Assembly (NCBI GenBank): GCA_037134215.1
Contig: JBAXMQ010000009.1
Location: 19,197-51,196, forward strand
Reading direction: 5' to 3'
From: Betaproteobacteria bacterium
GTDB lineage: Bacteria > Pseudomonadota > Gammaproteobacteria > Burkholderiales > Burkholderiaceae_C
DNA length: 32,000 nucleotides
The number at the start of each line of letters is the position of its first letter. Positions within the stretch are counted from its first letter, which is position 1. The notes beneath the pieces were generated by a model, which did no database searches, was not told the origin of the DNA, and saw nothing but the letters and a program-made list of their open reading frames with translations. The translations under genes and the position numbers were made by a program. This document shows positions 25,318 through 32,000 of the stretch, piece after piece.

Positions 25318-27562
25318 GCCTCGCCAGCAGCGCCTGGAAGTCTTTGCGTTTGATGGGTTTGATCAGGTAATCGGTCATGCCTGAATCGATGGCGTTCTGG
25401 CGGTCCAGCTCGGACGCAAAGGCGCTGCACCCGACGATCGGCAGCGCGCCCCAGGGCTGTCCGGGCTCGCGGATGGTCTGGGTGGCCGCCAGCCCGTCTA
25501 GCACCGGCATCTGGATGTCCATCAAGACCAGGTCGAACGCCTCTTCCCGCAGCGCTTGCACCGCCTGCTGGCCGTCTTCCACCACGCGGACCGTGTGGCC
25601 CAGGTCTGCCAGCATCAAGCGCACCACCAGGGCGCTGGTCGGGGTGTCTTCGGCCACCAATACCCGCAAGGCCGACCTGGATCGGTTTTGCAGCAGCCGG
25701 CTGGCGTGCTGGGCCAAGGCCTCCAGCGCGCTCAGCTGCTGCGGACTGAGTTCGCGCGGTTGGGTGTCGATCACACACAGCGTGCCCAGCGCCTGACCCG
25801 TGGCATCGGTCAGGGGCACGCCGGCATAAAAACGGAAGTTGGACTCACCAGTCACCAGCGGGTTGGACGCGAAGCGCGGGTCGGTGGTGGCATCGGGCAC
25901 CACCATGGTGTGCGTCGGCGTCTGTATGGCGTGGGCACAAAAGGCCTGTTCCCGCGGCGTCTCGCCGGCAGCCAGACCAACCCTGGCCTTGAACCACTGT
26001 CGCTTGTCGTCCACCAGAGAAATCAGCGCGATCGGCGTGCCGCAGACGCGCGCGGCGCCGGCCACCAGCTCATCGTAGGCCGCCTCCGGGTCAGTATCCA
26101 TGATGGTCAGGTTGGCCAGCGCCTGCAGCCGGACCTGCTCCTGAGCCGGGTGCCATTGCACGGTCTGCAGCGGCACGCAAAAGGTGAAGGTGGCGCCCTC
26201 ACCTTCTGTGCTGTGCATGGTGAGCGTGCCACCCATCAGCAGGGCGTAGCGCTGGCAGATGGACAGCCCGAGGCCGGTTCCGCCGGAAAAACCCGACAAC
26301 TTGACGAAAGGCTCAAAAATCCGCTGCTGCATCGCTGCCGAGATGCCAGGGCCGGTGTCTGTGACGGCCAGGCACAGGCGTACCTGGTCTGGCCCCTCAA
26401 CCGAGGCGCTGACGTCCAGCGTCACGCTGCCGCTTGGGGTGAATTTGACCGCATTGCCCAGCAGGTTGAGCAATACCTGCTTGATCCGGCGCGCGTCGCC
26501 CCGCAGCCTGCGGGGCACATCTTCGGCCATGCGGTACGCCACTGTGAGCAGACGCGCCGCCGGTACGGACTCGATGATGCGGAACGCGGCGGCCACCAGC
26601 TCATACAGGTCAAACGCTTCTTCTTCGAGTCGCTCCTTGCCCGATTCGGCGCTGCTGAAGTCCAGGATCTGGTTAATGATGGCCAGCAGGTGCTCGGATG
26701 ATTCCTCGATGGTCCGGATTTTCTGGCGCAGCGCCTCGTCCAGCGGGCCGTTGGCAATCACGCTGGCCATGCCCATGATGCCGTTCATCGGCGTGCGCAA
26801 TTCATGACTCACCATCGAGATGAAGTTGCTTTTCGCCTTGTTGGCCTCTTCCGCCGCCATCCGCAGCGAGACGTTGGTGCGCGAGTCCTCCTCGGCCAGT
26901 TGGCGTGCGGCCGTCAGCGCCTGCTCGCGACGGACCAGTTCCTGCCGGAATTTTTCGAAGGACCGAGACAGTTCACCGATTTCGTCGTTGGTGAACGTGG
27001 TTTGCGGCGGGATGTTTGCGGGCGCATCGACATGGGTGAGATTTTTCCGCAGCGCCCGGATGGGCCGCGTGACGTACAGCCAGTGCAGCAGCAGGCTGAG
27101 TGCGACCATACCCACCCCGATGATCAGCACCGCAGCCTCAAAGTCGCGCGTGGCTTGGCGCACCGCGCCCGAACGCAAGCTGCCGTCAAAGTAAATCACC
27201 AAGGCGCCCAGGCGCTCCTTGGCGCCAGTGATGCGGACCGAGACCTTTTGCAGGCCATTCGGCGCCGATATGGCGTTGGTCGGGTAAATGCGCTGGCCCT
27301 GCGCGTCGTAGGCTTCAACCAATGCCCAGTCCGGCCGGTTGGCCCAGACCCGGCTGAGTGTGGCGGCCACCTCGGCATGTTGGCCGGTTTTCATGTCATT
27401 GCTCAGTGCCTCTGCCAGCACCGTGGCGCTGTTGCGCTCGGCATCGTCATCCCAATGCGACAACTCCTGGCTCAGGTGAGGGACCAGCCAGAAGGCGAAG
27501 CCCAGCGAAACCGCCAGGAAAAAAATCAATACCGGTCCGCTGGTCTTGAGAAAGATCTTCAT
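25274..27562 (-). CDS. Hybrid sensor histidine kinase: TM - periplasmic domain - TM - HAMP - HisKA - HATPase_c - GAF - REC
   Basis: The H-box SHELRTPMNGI, the N/G boxes (LLGNAVKFT, DTGPGI, GTGLGLSI), a GAF-like segment (ALISLVDDKRQWFKA...FYAGVPL...GTLCVID) and a receiver (LVAEDT...DLVLMDIQMP...KP) are all present. Confidence 0.9.
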   Translation of the reverse strand: MKIFLKTSGPVLIFFLAVSLGFAFWLVPHLSQELSHWDDDAERNSATVLAEALSNDMKTGQHAEVAATLSRVWANRPDWALVEAYDAQGQRIYPTNAISAPNGLQKVSVRITGAKERLGALVIYFDGSLRSGAVRQATRDFEAAVLIIGVGMVALSLLLHWLYVTRPIRALRKNLTHVDAPANIPPQTTFTNDEIGELSRSFEKFRQELVRREQALTAARQLAEEDSRTNVSLRMAAEEANKAKSNFISMVSHELRTPMNGIMGMASVIANGPLDEALRQKIRTIEESSEHLLAIINQILDFSSAESGKERLEEEAFDLYELVAAAFRIIESVPAARLLTVAYRMAEDVPRRLRGDARRIKQVLLNLLGNAVKFTPSGSVTLDVSASVEGPDQVRLCLAVTDTGPGISAAMQQRIFEPFVKLSGFSGGTGLGLSICQRYALLMGGTLTMHSTEGEGATFTFCVPLQTVQWHPAQEQVRLQALANLTIMDTDPEAAYDELVAGAARVCGTPIALISLVDDKRQWFKARVGLAAGETPREQAFCAHAIQTPTHTMVVPDATTDPRFASNPLVTGESNFRFYAGVPLTDATGQALGTLCVIDTQPRELSPQQLSALEALAQHASRLLQNRSRSALRVLVAEDTPTSALVVRLMLADLGHTVRVVEDGQQAVQALREEAFDLVLMDIQMPVLDGLAATQTIREPGQPWGALPIVGCSAFASELDRQNAIDSGMTDYLIKPIKRKDFQALLARLSVSSPPDSPPEPP

Positions 27563-27595
27563 GGGTCCAGCGCTGGCCAGGGATTCGTCGCCGCG

Positions 27596-28519
27596 CTAGT
27601 TGGCCGGGCCGATGCCGCTCTTGTACATCGCCCGGTTGCGCGCCAGGTAGTTGGCGTAGTCGGCAGCCGGCATGAACACGCTGCGCGCGCCGAGTTTGGC
27701 CAACTGCTGGTCGAGTTCCGGATCGGCCGCAGCGGCCTGACAGGCCTTTTCCAGCCGGGTCATCATGACGGCAGGCGTGCCCTCCGGGGCCGCCAGGCCA
27801 CGGTGGACGCTGTAATCCACCGGGATCCCCTGTTCCTTGAAGGTGGGAATGGTGGGCAGGCGCGGGTCGCGCGCCGGCGACGAAATCGCCACCGGCACAA
27901 TGCCCTTGTTGGCCGGGTCCAGCAGAACTTCCGGGTTGATTTCGGCCACATCCACCTCACCGTCCACCAAGGCGCTCACCGCGGCCGACTTGCTGCTGAA
28001 CTGTTTGAAGCTGAGGCTGAGCCCGGTCGCTTTTTCCAGTTGCGCCAGCATCATGAAGTTGGTTGAGGTGGGGCCCAATGTCCAGCTCGCCGTCAACTTC
28101 TTAGACTTGTCCAGCCAGGCTTTGGGATCTTTGCTGCCGAGCGCGGCCCGGCTCATGCCCAGAATCGACGGCACGTAGACGATGCCGCAGACCGGTTTGA
28201 GCCCAGCCAGCGGATCGGAAGCCAATTTGCCGCTGCGCATGACCGAGAACAGGTATTCATGGACAGTGACCACGGCGCTGCCATCGGCCGGGCGTTTGGC
28301 CGCTTCGAGCACACCTGTGGCGCCGAAATTGCCGGGCAGGTTGGTGGGCGTCACCTTTTCGGCGAGGTGCTTGGCCAGAAAGGGCGCGATCGGGCGCATC
28401 AGGGCGTCGGTTTCACCGCCTTCCGGCCAGGGGATGATCAGCTCCAAGGCCGAAGCACGGGCCATCACCAAAAGGCAAGCCACCAGCGCCAAGGGCTTTC
28501 CGATTCTTCTCATTGCCAA
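27596..28519 (-). CDS. Bug/TctC-family periplasmic solute-binding protein
   Basis: A signal peptide is followed by LELIIPWPEGGETD...NLPGNFGATG, typical of tripartite tricarboxylate transporter receptors. The gene ends 33 nt before the kinase start. The alternative start is ATG 28513. Confidence 0.85.
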   Translation of the reverse strand: MAMRRIGKPLALVACLLVMARASALELIIPWPEGGETDALMRPIAPFLAKHLAEKVTPTNLPGNFGATGVLEAAKRPADGSAVVTVHEYLFSVMRSGKLASDPLAGLKPVCGIVYVPSILGMSRAALGSKDPKAWLDKSKKLTASWTLGPTSTNFMMLAQLEKATGLSLSFKQFSSKSAAVSALVDGEVDVAEINPEVLLDPANKGIVPVAISSPARDPRLPTIPTFKEQGIPVDYSVHRGLAAPEGTPAVMMTRLEKACQAAAADPELDQQLAKLGARSVFMPAADYANYLARNRAMYKSGIGPAN

Positions 28520-28565
28520 TTATCCATTCCAACCACTGCGATTGCCATCATAGTTGGGGAGTGTG

Positions 28566-29042
28566 TCACAAAACCAGTGCCAGCCGAGTCGAGTTTTTCA
28601 CCTCCTCCATCACCGCGTAGGTGCGGGTCTCGCGCACGCCGGGCAGCTGCCACAGCACGGTGCCGGCAAAGTCGCGGTAGGCGCTCATGTCGGCCATGCG
28701 GGTTTTGAGCAGGTAGTCAAAGCCGCCCGCCACCATGTGGCACTCCATGATTTCCGGGCGCACCTGCACCGCGGCCTTGAAAGCCTCGAACACATTGGGC
28801 GTGGTGCGGTCCAGCAGCACCTCGACAAACACCAAAAGGCCAGCGCCGAGCTTGAGCGGGTTCAGCCGGGCCTCATAGCCCAGGATGAAACCCTCCCGCG
28901 TCAGGCGTTGCACCCGCGCCAGCACGGCGGTGGGCGACAGGGTCACGGCCTCGGCCAATTTCAGGTTGCTGATGCGGCCGTCCTCCTGCAGGCAGGCCAG
29001 GATTTTCAGGTCGACGCGGTCCAGGTCGGGCGGTGTGATCAT
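28566..29042 (-). CDS. Lrp/AsnC-family transcriptional regulator (PutR-like by position)
   Basis: The HTH LDRVDLKILACLQEDGRISNLKLAEAVTLSPTAVLARVQRL is followed by an AsnC-type ligand-binding domain. The gene is divergent from putA. Confidence 0.9.
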   Translation of the reverse strand: MITPPDLDRVDLKILACLQEDGRISNLKLAEAVTLSPTAVLARVQRLTREGFILGYEARLNPLKLGAGLLVFVEVLLDRTTPNVFEAFKAAVQVRPEIMECHMVAGGFDYLLKTRMADMSAYRDFAGTVLWQLPGVRETRTYAVMEEVKNSTRLALVL

Positions 29043-29145
29043 GGCTGGAGTGATAAATATTCAACTATTTAATTGATAAATTTTAGTGAATAGTTTGTCC
29101 TTAAAACCTGGAACATAGCGTCATCAATTCATTTTGGAGCGCGCC
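29043..29145. promoter_or_regulatory. AT-rich divergent control region between the Lrp/AsnC regulator and putA
   Basis: This 103-nt, strongly AT-rich segment sits in a GC-rich genome. The direct repeat TGATAAAT occurs at 29051-29058 and 29074-29081. GGAG at 29136-29139 lies 6 nt before the putA ATG. Confidence 0.5.
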
Positions 29146-32000
29146 ATGCTGACCCAGCAACACCTGCCCGACCCCTACCTGCCCGAAGCGCCCCAGGTGG
29201 CGCACTGCCTGGCCGCGCTCGACCAGGCGTTGGACTGGGCGGCGGCGGCCCAGGTGGCCAGCCCCTGGGTGCAGGCGGTGCGGCAGAACCCGCCGCCATT
29301 TTGGGCTATGGAGAGCCTGCTCAAGGAGTACCCGATTGCCAGCAGCGAAGGCCTGGCCCTGATGCGCCTGGCCGAGGCGCTGCTGCGCGTGCCCGACGCC
29401 GAAACCGCCATCGCGCTCACTGCCGACCAGCTCGGCCGGGCCGACTTCAGCCAGGCCGGCGACACCACCCTGGCGCGCCTGTCCGGCAGCGCCATCGCCC
29501 TGAGCAAACGCTTTTTGCCGGAGGGTGAAGCCCCGGCCGGCCTGCTGGCGCGCCTGGGCGCTCGCACCGTGGTGGCCGCCACCCTGCGCGCGGTGCAGCT
29601 GCTGGGGCGCCAGTTTGTGCTGGGCCAGACCATGGCCGATGCGTTGCAGGTGGCTGGCGCCGCGCGCCGCCAGAGCGCCGGCCTGCGCTACAGCTTTGAC
29701 ATGCTGGGCGAGGGTGCGCGCACTGCGGCAGACGCCACAAAATATTTGGCCAGTTACCGTCATGCTATTGAATCAATAGCTATAAACTCAGACAGGACGG
29801 GGCCTTGCGAGCGAAATCACGGTATTTCCATCAAACTCAGCGCACTGCACCCGCGCTATGAAGAGGCCCAGTCGGACCGGGTGATGGCCGAGCTGGTGCC
29901 CACGCTGTTGGGTCTGTGCGAGCTGGCGGCCCAGGCCAACATCAACCTGACGATTGACGCCGAAGAGGTGGACCGGCTGGAGTTGTCGCTGGCAGTGCTG
30001 GCGCCGCTGGTGTCCCGGGTGGCGCAGCAGCAGCCGCAGTGGCGTGGCCTGGGGCTGGCGCTGCAGGCCTACCAGACCCGCTCGCTGGCATTGATCGAGC
30101 ACGTGATCGCGCTGGCGCGTCAGCACCGGGTGCGGCTGATGTGCCGGCTGGTCAAGGGCGCCTACTGGGACGCCGAGATCAAACGCGCGCAGGAGCTGGG
30201 GCTGGCCAGCTACCCGGTGTTCACCCACAAGCACCACACCGACATCGCCTACCTGGCCTGCGCGCGCGCCCTGCTGGCCGCGCCCGACGCCATCTACCCG
30301 CAGTTCGCCACCCACAACGCCGGCACCATTGCCGCCATCCTGCAAATGAGCGCCAAAACCGGGGCGCCCTTCGAGCTTCAGCGCCTGCATGGCATGGGCG
30401 AGGGCGTTTATCGCGAGGTGCTGAAAAACCCGCTGCTGGCCTGCCGCGTTTACGCCCCGGTGGGCGCCCACAAGGACCTGCTGGCCTACCTGGTGCGCCG
30501 GCTGCTGGAGAACGGGGCCAACTCGTCCTTTGTGCACCAGCTGGCGGATGACTCCCTGGGGCTGGACGCGCTGCTGATGTCGCCGCTGCGCCTCACGCCC
30601 GAGCCCTCCCTGCCGCTGCCGGCCGACATTTTTGGACCCGGCCGGCGCAACAGCGCCGGGCTGGACCTGACGGTGCCCAGCCACCGCGCCCCGCTGCTGG
30701 CCACCCTGCAAACCGCGCAGCTGCCCCAGGTGCCGGAGTTTGATGCCAAATTAGTCTCTGAGCCTTTGGCCATCAGCCTCTCTAGCTATCAAACTTGGAG
30801 CAAAACTGACGTTGAAACCCGCGCTGCGAAGCTGCGCCGTGCCGCCGACGCACTGCAGGCCGAGCTGCCGCGCTTTTGTGCTCTGCTGGTCAAGGAAGCC
30901 TTCAAGACCTGGGGCGACGCGGTGAGCGAGGTGCGCGAGGCGATTGATTTTCTGCGCTACTACGCCGTTGAGGCCGAGCGCATCATGGCGCCTACGCCCA
31001 TGCCAGCCCAGGCCGATGGCCGTGTGTTGGGAATCACCGGCGAGACCAACACCCTGCGCCTGACCGGGCGCGGCCCCTGGGTCTGCATCAGCCCCTGGAA
31101 CTTTCCGCTGGCCATTTTTGTCGGCCAGGTGGCGGCGGCGCTGGTCACCGGCAACACGGTGCTGGCCAAGCCGGCCGAGCAGACGCCGGGGGTGGCGCTG
31201 GCGGCGGTGCAGCTGCTGCATGCCGCCGGCGTGCCAGCGGGCGCGCTGCAGCTGCTGCACGGCCCGGGCGAAACGGTGGGGGCCGCGCTGGTGGCCGCAC
31301 CCGGGGTGGCCGGCGTGGTGTTCACCGGCTCCACCGAGGTGGCCCGCCTGATCAACCGGGCGCTGGCGGCCAAGGATGGCCCCATCGTGCCGCTGATTGC
31401 CGAGACCGGCGGCATCAACGCCATGCTGGTCGACAGCAGCGCCCTGCCCGAGCAGGTGACCGACGCGGTGATGCAAAGCGCTTTTCGCAGCGCCGGCCAG
31501 CGCTGCTCGGCGCTGCGCCTCCTGTGCGTGCATGCGGATATCGCCGATACCGTGATTGAGATGATTACTGGCGCCGCGCGCGCGCTGGTGGCCGGTCACC
31601 CGGCAGAACTGGCCACCGACCTTGGCCCGGTGATCGACGCTGAGGCGTTTGCCGGCATCGGGCGCCATCTGCAGCGCCTCCATCAAGAGCAGAAACCAGT
31701 TCTAGGCCACGTCATTACAAGCGATGTAGCTATTGAATCAGTAGCAAACCTGGTGTCACCGCAGATTGTCGAGATCGCTTCCATCGCCGACCTTCGTCAG
31801 GAAATCTTCGGCCCGGTGCTGCACATCGTGCGCTGGCAGGGTGACCCGCAGGCGGTGCTGGCCCAGATCAACGCGCTGGGCTACGGCCTGACGCTGGGCA
31901 TCCAGAGCCGCATTGACTCTCGCGCCCTGGCGCTGGCGCATGCGGCGCACATCGGCAACGTCTACATCAACCGCAACCAGATCGGCGCCGTGGTGGGCGT
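29146..32000 (+). CDS. putA: Bifunctional proline dehydrogenase / L-glutamate-gamma-semialdehyde (P5C) dehydrogenase, 3'-truncated by the window edge
   Basis: I translated this frame by hand from ATG 29146 to 32000 and found no stop. PRODH motifs present: YSFDMLGEG, GISIKLSALHPRY, NLTIDAEE, VKGAYWD and RRLLENGANSSF. ALDH motifs present: SPWNFPLAI, AETGGINA and the catalytic Cys in GQRCSALR. There is no N-terminal ribbon-helix-helix domain. The ORF track omits it because it has no stop in the window. Confidence 0.92.
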   Translation, partial: MLTQQHLPDPYLPEAPQVAHCLAALDQALDWAAAAQVASPWVQAVRQNPPPFWAMESLLKEYPIASSEGLALMRLAEALLRVPDAETAIALTADQLGRADFSQAGDTTLARLSGSAIALSKRFLPEGEAPAGLLARLGARTVVAATLRAVQLLGRQFVLGQTMADALQVAGAARRQSAGLRYSFDMLGEGARTAADATKYLASYRHAIESIAINSDRTGPCERNHGISIKLSALHPRYEEAQSDRVMAELVPTLLGLCELAAQANINLTIDAEEVDRLELSLAVLAPLVSRVAQQQPQWRGLGLALQAYQTRSLALIEHVIALARQHRVRLMCRLVKGAYWDAEIKRAQELGLASYPVFTHKHHTDIAYLACARALLAAPDAIYPQFATHNAGTIAAILQMSAKTGAPFELQRLHGMGEGVYREVLKNPLLACRVYAPVGAHKDLLAYLVRRLLENGANSSFVHQLADDSLGLDALLMSPLRLTPEPSLPLPADIFGPGRRNSAGLDLTVPSHRAPLLATLQTAQLPQVPEFDAKLVSEPLAISLSSYQTWSKTDVETRAAKLRRAADALQAELPRFCALLVKEAFKTWGDAVSEVREAIDFLRYYAVEAERIMAPTPMPAQADGRVLGITGETNTLRLTGRGPWVCISPWNFPLAIFVGQVAAALVTGNTVLAKPAEQTPGVALAAVQLLHAAGVPAGALQLLHGPGETVGAALVAAPGVAGVVFTGSTEVARLINRALAAKDGPIVPLIAETGGINAMLVDSSALPEQVTDAVMQSAFRSAGQRCSALRLLCVHADIADTVIEMITGAARALVAGHPAELATDLGPVIDAEAFAGIGRHLQRLHQEQKPVLGHVITSDVAIESVANLVSPQIVEIASIADLRQEIFGPVLHIVRWQGDPQAVLAQINALGYGLTLGIQSRIDSRALALAHAAHIGNVYINRNQIGAVVG
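29764..29780. repeat. 17-nt AT-rich perfect 8-1-8 palindrome GCTATTGA-A-TCAATAGC inside the putA CDS
   Basis: Read directly from the sequence. The arms GCTATTGA and TCAATAGC are exact reverse complements. It is in frame, encoding AIESIA. Confidence 0.7.
31729..31745. repeat. Second putA copy of the motif (GCTATTGAATCAGTAGC)
   Basis: It matches 29764-29780 at 16 of 17 positions. It is in the same frame and orientation, 1965 nt downstream, and encodes AIESVA. Confidence 0.7.

Noticed and set aside
25556-28066. Two long plus-strand ORFs (381 aa and 420 aa) across the histidine kinase and Bug genes
   Set aside because: They are antisense to genes with full HisKA/HATPase/REC and Bug signatures, and they carry no motifs of their own.
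29788-31686. Minus-strand ORFs of 307 aa and 311 aa listed in the track where no plus-strand ORF is listed
   Set aside because: The plus strand here encodes PutA with all its hallmark motifs. PutA is missing from the track only because it has no stop codon within the window. The minus-strand ORFs are antisense artefacts.

Overview
High-GC chromosomal window. Gene content, including a Bug/TctC-family receptor and rsmI/yraN/SIS/BON synteny, suggests a betaproteobacterium of the Burkholderiales/Comamonadaceae type; this taxonomy is inference only. I count 27 protein-coding genes. I saw no rRNA, tRNA, CRISPR array, transposase or integrase. Housekeeping blocks: sucCD (sucC is cut by the 5' window edge), a TerC-family membrane protein, an orphan CoxL-like molybdopterin subunit, rsmI divergent from yraN plus SIS-isomerase plus BON lipoprotein, yggS, an EamA transporter, an APH-type kinase with a class III aminotransferase, a Bug receptor with a hybrid histidine kinase, and Lrp/AsnC divergent from putA. 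The putA frame is open from 29146 to the window end, so the supplied ORF track, which needs a stop codon, omits it. Most interesting are two type IV pilus motor loci, each carrying cyclic-nucleotide modules. (1) 2828-11960 is a tight co-directional array: PP2C phosphatase, double-FHA protein, CHASE2 class III adenylate cyclase (Lys/Thr specificity pair), class II cAMP phosphodiesterase, a PilB/GspE-type ATPase with an N-terminal GAF domain, a sigma-54-type promoter, a type IVa pilin and a PglL-like O-oligosaccharyltransferase. (2) 18401-21257 has a cNMP-binding (CAP_ED) protein inserted between pilT and pilU. Together these suggest post-translational cAMP gating of pilus extension and retraction, with a phosphothreonine layer whose kinase is not in the window. 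A 17-18 nt AT-rich, near-palindromic motif (GCTATTGAATCA[A/G]TAGC) also recurs in frame inside GC-rich coding sequence, twice in putA and once in an oxidoreductase gene. The many long antisense ORFs in the track are treated as high-GC artefacts.
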